Assembly: GCA_965140445.1 (NCBI GenBank)
Contig: OZ223236.1
Span: 1,312,001 to 1,376,000, forward strand
DNA: 64,000 bases
Source of the DNA: Candidatus Ozemobacteraceae bacterium
GTDB taxonomy: Bacteria > Muiribacteriota > Ozemobacteria > Ozemobacterales > Ozemobacteraceae
Reading direction: 5' to 3'
Part shown: piece after piece, positions 1 to 9,550 of the stretch
Layout of the letters: every line of letters starts with the position of its first letter
Numbering within the stretch: position 1 is the first letter of the stretch
The notes under the pieces: model-generated
Told to the model about the DNA's origin: nothing
Database searches by the model: none
Seen by the model: the letters and a program-made list of their open reading frames with translations, nothing else
Translations under genes and position numbers: made by a program

Positions 1-95
1 CCGGCTTTGATTTCAAAGACTTTGAACTCTGCACTTTTGAAAAGCTGGTCGCTCAGTATCCCCAGCATGAAGAGATAATCAGGAAGTTATCCTAA
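1..95 (+). CDS. Cupin_5 (DUF985) family protein, C-terminal fragment at window edge
   Basis: Frame 3 reads GFDFKDFELCTFEKLVAQYPQHEEIIRKLS*, matching the typical DUF985 C-terminus (PGFdfaDFEl...l...yP.h.eiI..l). Not in the ORF track. Its 3' end overlaps the phrB stop. Confidence 0.65.
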   Translation, partial: GFDFKDFELCTFEKLVAQYPQHEEIIRKLS

Positions 96-1517
96 ACTTT
101 TAAATGCTTTAAGGGCTCTTTCACGGCCTGTTTTGTAATCTTCTATGGGTTCGGGATAGTTTGTGCCTTTAATGGCTTTTGCTAGCTTTATTGGGTCGTG
201 TAAAGCCGCTGAATCAAGTTTTGCCAGTTCTGGACAATATTTTTTTATGAAGATTGCATCTTTGTCGAATCTTTTGCTTTGGCTGAAAGGATTAAAAATT
301 CTGAAGTAGGGGACTGAATCGGTTCCTGTGGATGCAGACCATTGCCAACCGCCATTATTTGCTGCTAAGTCTCCATCTATAAGAGTTTCCATGAAGTATT
401 TTTCCCCCAATCGCCAATCTAGAAGGAGAATCTTGGATAAGAACATCGCTGAAACCATGCGCAGTCGATTGTGCATCCAGCCGGTTTCATTCAATTGCCT
501 CATGGCAGCATCAACGATTGGATAACCTGTTTGTCCGGTTTTCCAGGCATTTAACTGCTTCTCATCGTATCGCCAGGCGAGATCTTTGGTTTTATCTTTG
601 AACGGCTGATCCATGCATACTTTAGGGAAGTTGATAAGTATCTGGGTGTAAAATTCACGCCAGATCAGTTCGGATACCCAGGAACTTAGGCCTGGTGGAA
701 GTTTGTCTATTGTGGTTTTGCTGTGCTCAAGGACTTTTCTGATGCATGTCTGGACCGAAATTACTCCAGCGGCAAGGTAGGGTGAAAGTTTACTTGTTCC
801 AGCTATTGAGGGGAAATCCCTGTCATTTTCGTAATTAGCTCCAGGATTTTTTATGAAGCTATGAAGCTGATCCAGGGCATATTTTTCCCCGGCTGGCCAC
901 AATGATTTGCTATATGCGGATTTATCAAATCCATCTATGGTTTCGGGGATGGGGTTAGGTTTCAGCCCTGTGGAAGTTATAGCAGGAGCAGGAGAGTAGG
1001 CTTCTACCATTTCCAGTTCGAATTGCTCCAGCCACTTTTTCTTGAAAGGTGTAAAAACGGTGTAGTGATTGCCGCTTGCTGTGAATAAGCTTCTGGGGCC
1101 AAGAACTGTCCTGTCTCTCAGACGCCTTACTGAAATTTCACTGGCAAATTTTTGAATAATAGCAGTATCTCTGACTTTTTCATTTACTTCATATTCCTCA
1201 TTAAAATAAAGAGCATCTATTTTATTTCGTTGAATGCGAGCTTCAAGCAGAGCAGGGATATCGGAAAAATTATCTGCGATTTCAACATCAAGAATAATGT
1301 TGAGTTTGGCCAGGTCTTTGCGGAGCTGTTTAAGGTTTTCCAACCAGAAATAAACTTTGGCTGGAGCTTCGTTATGTTCTTTCCATTGCCCGGGAGTTAT
1401 AAAGAATATGGCATCAACTCCATTTTTACATTCCTGAATTGCTTTAATCAGAGCATAATTATCCTGGCATCTTAGATCTCGACGAAACCACAGCAGACCT
1501 TTTTTTCCTGATTCCAT
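87..1517 (-). CDS. phrB: Deoxyribodipyrimidine photolyase (class I CPD)
   Basis: WFRRDLR..DN N-terminus, TSKLSPYL, ELIWREFY, TGYPIVDAAMRQL..TGWMHNRLRM, NNGGWQWSASTG, RIFNP. Confidence 0.95.
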   Translation of the reverse strand: MESGKKGLLWFRRDLRCQDNYALIKAIQECKNGVDAIFFITPGQWKEHNEAPAKVYFWLENLKQLRKDLAKLNIILDVEIADNFSDIPALLEARIQRNKIDALYFNEEYEVNEKVRDTAIIQKFASEISVRRLRDRTVLGPRSLFTASGNHYTVFTPFKKKWLEQFELEMVEAYSPAPAITSTGLKPNPIPETIDGFDKSAYSKSLWPAGEKYALDQLHSFIKNPGANYENDRDFPSIAGTSKLSPYLAAGVISVQTCIRKVLEHSKTTIDKLPPGLSSWVSELIWREFYTQILINFPKVCMDQPFKDKTKDLAWRYDEKQLNAWKTGQTGYPIVDAAMRQLNETGWMHNRLRMVSAMFLSKILLLDWRLGEKYFMETLIDGDLAANNGGWQWSASTGTDSVPYFRIFNPFSQSKRFDKDAIFIKKYCPELAKLDSAALHDPIKLAKAIKGTNYPEPIEDYKTGRERALKAFKSLG

Positions 1518-1679
1518 ACTATTCTTTCTCCTTATTCTGCATGTGATTTAAAAATTTCTGTAAATATTTGATTTATTTTATGCCGGATAGGTTCAAAGAG
1601 CAAATGAACTGGTTTTGCTTTGCTCAAATATTTTTTTTCAAAGCCTAAAATAATGTGAATTTCATTGTACAGAGCTGAG

Positions 1680-1708
1680 GTGACGCTTCTATTATTTTTT
1701 GGTATAAT
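1680..1708 (+). promoter_or_regulatory. Sigma70-type promoter for the alpha-amylase
   Basis: GTGACG-17 nt-TATAAT with extended -10 TG (tggTATAAT), about 35 nt upstream of ATG 1744. Confidence 0.55.
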
Positions 1709-1743
1709 TCATAAATAAGGTCTTCATATACAAGGGGAAACAA

Positions 1744-3054
1744 ATGAAGAAATTCAGTTTTAAGGTTCTGATGTCGCTTCTGGTTCTTTGTCTGGTCGCG
1801 GGTTCTGTTTATGCCGATCCACCAAAGCGAGTTGCATATGGTGTAATTATGCAGGGTTTCGGTTGGAATGCTCAGGCCAAAGGAATTCCAAGTCGTTGGT
1901 ATCAACTTATTGGGCATCGTGCGCAAAGCATGAAGGAACTTGGAGTCGACTTTGTATGGTTTCCCCCTGTTAGTCGTTCTGTAAGCCCACAGGGCTATCT
2001 TCCTGGTGACTATTATGATCTTGGTTCAAAAGATACCCCAACCTTTTATGGCGACAAAGATCAGCTTATTAGCGCACTTAAAAAGTTGAATGAAGTTGGC
2101 GTTTCCCCAATTGCTGACATAGTTATTAATCATAGATGCGCAGGCAAACAGGATAACAACGGAATATGGAACATTTACCATTTTGCCTCTGGCAAAGCCA
2201 GCTGGGAGCAATGGTCAATTTGTAAGGGCGAATACGGTGGAACAGGCAAAGCTGATACCGGCGGAAACTACGGCGCTGCACCAGATTTGGATCACACCAA
2301 CGCAAAAGTTCAGGAAGATATTACCGAATGGATGAAGTGGCTCAAAACTCTTGGTTTTAAAGCCTGGAGATACGATTATTCCAAAGGTTATGGCGCAAAA
2401 TACGCAGGGATTTATGACAAGAATACTTCCCCAATCTTTTCAGTTGGCGAAGTTTGGACAAATATGGCATTTCAGGGTTCAAATCTGAATCCAAATCAGG
2501 ATGCTCATCGCCAGACTCTTTGTAATTGGCTTGACGAAAATAAAAGTGAAGTTGGATGCGTTTTTGACTTTACCACCAAAGGAATCTTACAGGTTGCCGT
2601 AAATGGTGAATACTGGCGCTTACAGGACAAAGACGGCAAGCCATCAGGACTTATTGGATGGTGGCCACAGCGTGCCGTAACTTTCCTTGATAACCATGAC
2701 ACTGGCTCTCAGCAAAGCCATTGGCCTTTCCCCGGCAAGCATATTATGCAGGGATACGCCTATATTCTAACTCATCCTGGTATCCCATGTGTGTTTTGGG
2801 AACACGTTTATGACTGGAACCTATATTCAGCAATCAAACGACTTATAGCAATTCGAAAGCTTTATAAGATTCACAGCGCAAGCAAAGTGAAAATCCTGAA
2901 AGCCGAAAACGGCCTATATGCCGCAGAAATAGATAAAAAACTCTACCTTAAACTTGGCTCAAAAGACTGGCAGCCAGAGGACCCAACAGTTAAATTGCTC
3001 GCCAGCGGCGACCAATTCGCCGTATGGGGCAAGATCTCCCGCAAGAAGAAATAA
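1744..3054 (+). CDS. Secreted alpha-amylase, GH13 (plant-like GH13_6 type)
   Basis: Signal peptide; DIVINHR, WRYDYSKGY (nucleophile D), VGEVW (acid/base E), FLDNHD; C-terminal domain LYAAEID...GDQFAVW resembles plant amylase domain C. Confidence 0.9.
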   Translation: MKKFSFKVLMSLLVLCLVAGSVYADPPKRVAYGVIMQGFGWNAQAKGIPSRWYQLIGHRAQSMKELGVDFVWFPPVSRSVSPQGYLPGDYYDLGSKDTPTFYGDKDQLISALKKLNEVGVSPIADIVINHRCAGKQDNNGIWNIYHFASGKASWEQWSICKGEYGGTGKADTGGNYGAAPDLDHTNAKVQEDITEWMKWLKTLGFKAWRYDYSKGYGAKYAGIYDKNTSPIFSVGEVWTNMAFQGSNLNPNQDAHRQTLCNWLDENKSEVGCVFDFTTKGILQVAVNGEYWRLQDKDGKPSGLIGWWPQRAVTFLDNHDTGSQQSHWPFPGKHIMQGYAYILTHPGIPCVFWEHVYDWNLYSAIKRLIAIRKLYKIHSASKVKILKAENGLYAAEIDKKLYLKLGSKDWQPEDPTVKLLASGDQFAVWGKISRKKK

Positions 3055-3082
3055 TGGCAATTTAAAATAGTCTAGAACTAAG

Positions 3083-3125
3083 AACCGCCTCTCGATGAAT
3101 CCCAATCGAGAGGCGGTTTTGTTTT
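3083..3125 (+). terminator. Rho-independent terminator after the amylase
   Basis: 14-bp stem aaccgcctctcgat / atcgagaggcggtt followed by a T-rich tail. Confidence 0.85.
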
Positions 3126-3414
3126 CTAGAATTTTGTCACAGGCCAGAATATTGTGCAAAAAGAGATGGAATGGAAGCTTTAAGCTTGTTGACTTAACCT
3201 TTGGTTAGGGCCGGTTTTGAAGTATTACTAAAACTAATTGTGCGCTGTGGATTTTATTGGTTTGAGATAGAAGAGCGGGGGAGTTGTTTTGTAAAAAACT
3301 TGGGCCTTATTTGATTGGTTTAAAATTTGAACATGCCAATGATTTTAAGCTGGTTGTAAAGCATACTAAATGCACAGAAAATATTGCTCTTGGATTAATT
3401 TTATATGCAAATTG

Positions 3415-3459
3415 AAAAAAAATCCAGAATATACCTCTATATAGATATATTCTGGATTT
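3415..3459 (-). terminator. Rho-independent terminator after the NHL lipoprotein cluster
   Basis: Stem aaatccagaatata / tatattctggattt with an A-run on the + strand (U-tract on -), 12 nt past the stop at 3472. Confidence 0.7.
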
Positions 3460-3471
3460 AAAAATTTTTAA

Positions 3472-5748
3472 CTAATTGGTAAAAACCTGAATTCTATGAT
3501 TTGAGCTGTCAGAAACAAATATTTTTCCATCAGAATTTATCGCAATTTTTGAGGGAGAATTAAATTGCCCATTGCCACTTCCTACACCACCAAAAATTGA
3601 AACAAGCATTCCTGAACTGTCAAATTTTTGAATCCTATTATTGCCAGTATCACTTACATAAATGTTGCCAGCACTATCAATGGTAATTCCGCAAGGGTTT
3701 GAAAATTGCTTCGGACCGTTTCCTTGTCCTCCAAAAACTTCAAAGCTATTTGATACTGATGGATTGAATGTAATGACTCTATTATTTGACGAATCTGCGA
3801 CATAGATTTTTCCTGTAGAATCAATTGCTATATCCTGTGGATAGGCAAACTGGTCGATACCGTTGCCATATGTTCCCCATTTTGCTTCCCAACTGTCAGA
3901 TGATGAGGAAATATCAAACTTTTGAATCCTAGAATTTCCTGTGTCGGCTATAAACAAATCATTGTTAGAGTCAATTAACCCGCCTTTGGGTTTCCATACC
4001 AAACCATTAGCTGTTCCTTGCGAGCCAATGATTCTTGAGAAGCTGGCATTTGAATCGAATACATGAACTCTATACCCAGAGTCTTCAATAACAAACATGG
4101 TATCATTTGAATCAAAAAGAATATCTTTTGGATCGTTAAACTCATAATTGCCTGTTCCAGTATTTGGGCCTCCAATTATGGCCAATAAAGTCCCTGTGGC
4201 AGTGTATTTTTTTACTCTATGGTTGTATGAGTCAGCTACCCATAGGTTTCCATTAGAATCAAAATTTAATCCGTTTGGGTAGGAAAAATCAGCATCTCCA
4301 CTGCCATTTGATCCCCATTGCGCATAGTAAGAAGGGCCAGCTATAGTTGTTCTTATTGTAAGATTGGAAGTTTCAGTATTGCCCCACTCGGTAAACGTAT
4401 ATGTGATTACATCTTCTCCATATGTTGATGGCCCACTGAAAATAGTTCCGTTAAGAGTTCCGGTTCCACTGGTGTGCGAATATGCAAAAGAAGAAACTGT
4501 TTGGCTGCTTCCATCAGAATAGTTTGCTGTAACAACCACTGAACTGATATCTTTGGAGCTATTATTGTCGCAACCAAGAACTTCAGGAGTAAGACTAATC
4601 CCTGTTAAGGTCCTCATTGTAGCGTAGGCTACAACAGTGTCTGTGTCTTTGTTGTAGATTTCGATGAGAGCTCCGTTAGGGATGGTTTCTGAAAAGAAAA
4701 TTGAGTTGAAGTCGTTGACGGTCATCAGGTCAATTGATTTGCATACGAGGATTACGCCGTCGCTAAGGCTTATGCTGGGAGATTTGGCCCATTCGATTGG
4801 GGTGCTGGTCGCTGTTCCTTTTGAGCAATCAAGCATTGTAACTGGATCAAATGTTGAATCAACGCCATGAATTTTTACTTGAAGATTGTAGGTGTTTAAG
4901 CCAGATGCTGTTGTATTAAGTGGAATCTGGTGCCAGGTAATTGGGTCTTGTGGATAATTCACAACAGGGCCGTTGGTATTTGGATCTAATTCTTTGGCGC
5001 GAGCCACCATTTTTTCTGCATCTCTGCCAACTTGATACCATGCTATTAAAAGGGCTGCGTCATAGCTGTTTACTATTCCATCATCGTTAAGATCATCAGT
5101 AATGGAATTTGGTAAAGCTACAATTGGTCCCTGTATTCCTGACCATATGTCCTGAGCAAAAGGCCAGATAACATCAACAGTTTTGGGAGAGGACATATAC
5201 CAGGCCATGTATAGAATGATGTCGTGACTATTTACAACGGAATTGCCGTTATAATCCATGCGGAAAGTATAGCTTCCAATCATTTGATATCTGAAGGCAG
5301 GGTTCTGGGCATTAGCTATATCAGCATTATAAACTTCAATTTTTGCTCCTGTTGGAATAGGAGTTGAAAATTCCATGCTGCTAAAAGGCTCTATGCCTTT
5401 AAAATCCATATCATTAGCAGCCAGAACAATTCCATTAGAAAATGGAATCGCAGCCTTTTTTAAGGTTTTTACACTGCCAGAAATAGTTTTCACTGTAGCA
5501 GTGGTATCAAAAGTTTCTGGAACCCCGGAAATGCGAATCTGCATACAAATACTGTTTAAAGCAGTCGAAACCTTATTAAACAGAACCTGATTTGCTCCAG
5601 TCCCCTCTGCAACAGCAAAGTTATTAGAACTAGCCACCGCAGAAATCACAGGACTACTAGGATTAGATCCGCTGCTGCCGCAGCCGGTGAAACTCAAAAT
5701 AGACAAAATGGAAACGATTGTAACTATTAGTATTTTATTATTTAGCAT
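3472..5748 (-). CDS. Lipoprotein: 2x unnamed domain, dockerin-like repeats, Ig-like domain, C-terminal NHL beta-propeller
   Basis: Lipobox FTGC; DYNGNSVVNSHD and DLNDDGIVNSYD loops; six NHL repeats (F..P.GI.iDs.G.iyVaD..N.RIQkF). Confidence 0.8.
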   Translation of the reverse strand: MLNNKILIVTIVSILSILSFTGCGSSGSNPSSPVISAVASSNNFAVAEGTGANQVLFNKVSTALNSICMQIRISGVPETFDTTATVKTISGSVKTLKKAAIPFSNGIVLAANDMDFKGIEPFSSMEFSTPIPTGAKIEVYNADIANAQNPAFRYQMIGSYTFRMDYNGNSVVNSHDIILYMAWYMSSPKTVDVIWPFAQDIWSGIQGPIVALPNSITDDLNDDGIVNSYDAALLIAWYQVGRDAEKMVARAKELDPNTNGPVVNYPQDPITWHQIPLNTTASGLNTYNLQVKIHGVDSTFDPVTMLDCSKGTATSTPIEWAKSPSISLSDGVILVCKSIDLMTVNDFNSIFFSETIPNGALIEIYNKDTDTVVAYATMRTLTGISLTPEVLGCDNNSSKDISSVVVTANYSDGSSQTVSSFAYSHTSGTGTLNGTIFSGPSTYGEDVITYTFTEWGNTETSNLTIRTTIAGPSYYAQWGSNGSGDADFSYPNGLNFDSNGNLWVADSYNHRVKKYTATGTLLAIIGGPNTGTGNYEFNDPKDILFDSNDTMFVIEDSGYRVHVFDSNASFSRIIGSQGTANGLVWKPKGGLIDSNNDLFIADTGNSRIQKFDISSSSDSWEAKWGTYGNGIDQFAYPQDIAIDSTGKIYVADSSNNRVITFNPSVSNSFEVFGGQGNGPKQFSNPCGITIDSAGNIYVSDTGNNRIQKFDSSGMLVSIFGGVGSGNGQFNSPSKIAINSDGKIFVSDSSNHRIQVFTN

Positions 5749-5764
5749 TTTAGTGTCCTTCTCT

Positions 5765-8071
5765 TTACGGCATCTGGAAAACTTGAATTCTTGCTAATGA
5801 CGAGCTTGAACTTTCAGAGTAGTCGCTTACGTATATTTGCCCACCATCAGTGGGAATTATGCAAACAGGCCTTACAAATTGCCCATTGCCTCTACCATAG
5901 CTTCCCCAATCTGTTACATAAAGGCTACTGTTAATATCAGCTGAAAGAATATTTGCGCTTGGAGAATTTGGGTTACTTGTTGGAGTTTGGTTTATATCAA
6001 AAACAACAACCCTATGATTTCCTCTATCTGCGGCATACATGTATCCTCTAGAGTCTATTCTGATATCCTCAAGATAGCCAAATTTGCCTATTGCAGTCCC
6101 TTTTCCGCCCCATTCGCAAATATATGTTGAACTGCTTCCAATTACTGAGAACTTTTGGATTCGACAGCCATAGTAATCAGCGACATAAACAAATCCTTGA
6201 GCATCTATAGCGACTGTTCTTGGCCATACAAAATTGCTTGGCCCGGAATAACCAGCAGTTCCCCATGACATTAGGAGCGTACCGGAAGCATTCATTTTCT
6301 TTACTTTGTTAGCTCCAGATTCTGCTAAATAAAAATTTCCTTCAGAGTCAAAAGTAATACCGCACGGATTGCTGAAACCATTTAGTTGTGAAATTATATT
6401 CCATTGATTATCAAAGATTTTTATATTTCCACCAATAATGTCTGCAGTATAAACTTGTCCAGCATTGCTAATTGCCAAGTCGTTACTTCTGGAATATGAA
6501 TATGGATGTATGGTAAGTTTCGTTCCATTCGTGTCATACTCTGCGATTCCCCCTCCCCAATATTGGTTTACAAGTAGATTTCCTGATCCATTAAAAGCCA
6601 TCCCAGCAGGATCAGGCAAAGTCCACGACCTTACAAAAGATGGAGTGTCCGCAGTTATTCCGACAAAAACCTTAAGATCAGCTTCTTTTGTAATCCCTTC
6701 TTCAATTGAAGAGCAAGTTAAAAAAACTTGAGAGTCGGCAGCTGGAGCTTGGTATTGATTTAAATTAAGGCTGCCACCCCCGCTTTTTATTATCCATGAT
6801 GTATTGGTTGCTGTCCCAGTCGACCCATCGAAGTAATGAGATGTGACTGTTATTGTTGAAAGGTCCAAGATTGAGGAATTTGCTATTTCTTTTATGCTTG
6901 GTGAAAGCGATATTGCTTGAAGCGTGTGAGATAGATTAATCGTTTTTGCTTGAATTACCTCTTTTGTATCATTGTTGAAGATTTCAACAATACTTCCATC
7001 AGGAAGTTTATTTGTGAATCTAATCAGATCGAATGGCTTTACTGAATATGGTTCCATAATAGAACAAATCAAAACGATTCCATCAGCAATTGTTACGTTT
7101 TCTGATTTGTACCACAAGACAGGCTTTTCTGCTTGACTAGCTCTATAACATGACAAGAAAGTCGAAGTTTCAAAATCGGGTGATACATTTCTAATCCTGA
7201 TTTGAACCTGGTAATTATTTAATGTCGGTGTTGGTATTGGGTAAGGTACATCAAAAGTGTAATTGTTTAAGAGCTCCAACGGTCTGTTGATGACGTTGCC
7301 TTCAACACCAGAATATAACTCTTTTGCTCTAGTAAGCATGGCTTCTCTATTAGGGCCAACTTGATACCATGAAATTAGCATTACCGCATCCGAACTATCA
7401 AGCTTCCCATCCTGGTTTAGGTCGTCATGAAGAACGGTTGGGACGGATAAAATGCTATCTGGCGATCCTGTCCAAAGCTCATTGGCCAAGCCAATTATAA
7501 CAGAGTCACTTGGCTGATTTGAAATTAGATATGCCATGAAAATAGCGATATCTCCGCTAACTACAGTTTCGCTGCCATCATAATCCATGCGATAAATATA
7601 ACTATTTACACTTGCTCTAAGGTTTGGATTAAATTTTGGCATCAGATCGACATTTAGTATCTCAACTTTTGCTCCAGGAGGAATTGGGGTTGAGAAGCTG
7701 ATTGAGTCAAACTTTTCGATTCCACGGAAGTCGATGTCGTTGGCAGCCAGGATAATACCGTCTGATGGGATAGAGGCTTTTTTTAGTTCTCTGGTTTTTC
7801 CATCGCTGGTTTTAACTGTTGCGATCGTATCAAAATCTGGGCTTACGTCGGTGATTTTGATCTGAATTGAGATAGTATTCAGGCCATCGGCGATCTTATT
7901 CAGTTTTACCTGATTGGTCCCATTGCCTTCTCCAATTGGGAACTCAATGTTAGCAGCTAGTTGTTGTGTTGCAACTACAGCAGCGGGGTTTGATTGGTTC
8001 CAACAGCCGACCAGGCTCATTAGAACAAGAGATAGAAGAAAGACAAAAGGCACGACATTACGATATCGCAT
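5765..8071 (-). CDS. Paralogous lipoprotein: 2x unnamed domain, dockerin-like repeats, Ig-like domain, NHL propeller
   Basis: Lipobox LVGC; likely start ATG 8071 with GAGAGG upstream (ORF track starts at 8113); N-terminal ~390 aa align by eye with 3472..5748; NHL repeats at the C-terminus. Confidence 0.8.
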   Translation of the reverse strand: MRYRNVVPFVFLLSLVLMSLVGCWNQSNPAAVVATQQLAANIEFPIGEGNGTNQVKLNKIADGLNTISIQIKITDVSPDFDTIATVKTSDGKTRELKKASIPSDGIILAANDIDFRGIEKFDSISFSTPIPPGAKVEILNVDLMPKFNPNLRASVNSYIYRMDYDGSETVVSGDIAIFMAYLISNQPSDSVIIGLANELWTGSPDSILSVPTVLHDDLNQDGKLDSSDAVMLISWYQVGPNREAMLTRAKELYSGVEGNVINRPLELLNNYTFDVPYPIPTPTLNNYQVQIRIRNVSPDFETSTFLSCYRASQAEKPVLWYKSENVTIADGIVLICSIMEPYSVKPFDLIRFTNKLPDGSIVEIFNNDTKEVIQAKTINLSHTLQAISLSPSIKEIANSSILDLSTITVTSHYFDGSTGTATNTSWIIKSGGGSLNLNQYQAPAADSQVFLTCSSIEEGITKEADLKVFVGITADTPSFVRSWTLPDPAGMAFNGSGNLLVNQYWGGGIAEYDTNGTKLTIHPYSYSRSNDLAISNAGQVYTADIIGGNIKIFDNQWNIISQLNGFSNPCGITFDSEGNFYLAESGANKVKKMNASGTLLMSWGTAGYSGPSNFVWPRTVAIDAQGFVYVADYYGCRIQKFSVIGSSSTYICEWGGKGTAIGKFGYLEDIRIDSRGYMYAADRGNHRVVVFDINQTPTSNPNSPSANILSADINSSLYVTDWGSYGRGNGQFVRPVCIIPTDGGQIYVSDYSESSSSSLARIQVFQMP

Positions 8072-8149
8072 AGAACTAAAATACCTCTCAGAAATATTTT
8101 CAAAACAGGACAAAACCTGTCTTAAAGACGTTATTTGTTTCTTTATTTG

Positions 8150-9454
8150 TTACAGAGTTACTGTGCTTGAAGCAACTACTGTGGATTTATCTTTGTTATA
8201 TATTTCAACTATTGCCCCGACTGGGAGTTTCCCCGAAAATTGCAGCCGGTCAAACTCCATGACTGTTGCAAAAGATATTCCGTCCACAAATACCAATGCA
8301 ATTCCATTGGAAATGGATACATACTGGCTTCTTTTCCACTTTCTATCTGAGCCAGGTGCTGGCAGACATTTGATCATGGTGTGGACATCAAATGTATCTG
8401 GCACATTTAAAATTCTGATTTGCATGGAAAGTGTGTTTAACTCGTTTCCTGAAGTTGAAACAGGGCTGGCAAATCTGACTTCATCTCTTGCCAGAACAAG
8501 TGAGCCAACATTTAACTTAACTCTATTCGAAAATCCAATGCTTCCATCGCTTGCTATGGCTCGTGCAGTAATTACCCAGGCTCCTGTAGGTGGTTGTGTC
8601 CAGCTATATGTGAAAGGGGCACTGGTGTCTTCACCCAATTTTTCAGAGCCTTTAAAGAAAATTACCTTTGCAATATTGGCGGAGCAGCTGGCTTCAATGC
8701 TAAGACTTTTACCGGTTTCAATAAATTTGCCATCAAGATTTGTGGGAAGCTCGATTGCCGAATTTCCTGATGAATTTGTGCCGCCAAGAGCTGTGTTTAC
8801 TAATTGAAGAGTGGAATTGTCTACTGCACCCATTGCATTGGCGATAGGGTCTTCAGAGCTATTTAAGCTGATTGTTCCCTTTATAATTCCAGAAACTCTG
8901 GATGAAATCTGGTTTATCAAATTTGAGGTGTTTGAATCACTCAAGGCGGTAGCTTGCACGCTGGCTGCCGTATTTTTAAATCCGTTCATAGCTACAAGAA
9001 TCGCGACTGCGGTAGAGCTATGATTAACTACAAGATTTGGAGGGGTTGTTCCATCAAAGTTATCTATGAATGCTTGCAGCAAGCACTTACCTGGATTGGA
9101 TTTACTTTTAATTGATACGCAATACTTTGTTCCCGTTGGCACATTTGTCAGGGTGAAGTTTCCATTAGCGTCAATTGGAGCTGGTGTAGCAATGCTTTCA
9201 CCTTTTAGATTTACCAGATGAGCTTCAAGTAAATCAAAGCTATTGGCAAGAACAACCGTTTTTAGATTCGCTGTAATGCTGCTAATGTCGGTGGTCCCAG
9301 ATGGAAGGACAACACTTCCTGAAATTGTAGCTGCCGTATTTGTGCTTGAAGTTGCAACGGGATTGGCTCCGCCTCCTCCACCACCACAGCCTGATAAAAC
9401 AATGGAGCTGAAAAACAAAAATGACAAAATAGCAGAACGGCAAAACCCAGACAT
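8150..9454 (-). CDS. Lipoprotein with Ig-like (Big) domain and one C-terminal copy of the unnamed domain
   Basis: Lipobox LSGC plus Gly-rich tether; KVIFFKGSEKLGEDTSAPFTYSW...G.W.ITARA is a bacterial Ig-like motif; C-terminal LNTLSMQIRI...GAIVEIYNKD. Confidence 0.75.
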   Translation of the reverse strand: MSGFCRSAILSFLFFSSIVLSGCGGGGGGANPVATSSTNTAATISGSVVLPSGTTDISSITANLKTVVLANSFDLLEAHLVNLKGESIATPAPIDANGNFTLTNVPTGTKYCVSIKSKSNPGKCLLQAFIDNFDGTTPPNLVVNHSSTAVAILVAMNGFKNTAASVQATALSDSNTSNLINQISSRVSGIIKGTISLNSSEDPIANAMGAVDNSTLQLVNTALGGTNSSGNSAIELPTNLDGKFIETGKSLSIEASCSANIAKVIFFKGSEKLGEDTSAPFTYSWTQPPTGAWVITARAIASDGSIGFSNRVKLNVGSLVLARDEVRFASPVSTSGNELNTLSMQIRILNVPDTFDVHTMIKCLPAPGSDRKWKRSQYVSISNGIALVFVDGISFATVMEFDRLQFSGKLPVGAIVEIYNKDKSTVVASSTVTL

Positions 9455-9550
9455 AACATCCCTCTCAGAAGAACTTATTTATTTTAAAAACTTTTTCTTT
9501 TATGGGGGGGATAATAAATAACTTATAAAATTAAGTCAAGAAAAAAAGTG

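Noticed and set aside
7914..8807. 297-aa + strand ORF
   Set aside because: Antisense to two well-supported lipoprotein genes; no recognisable motifs, so a shadow ORF.
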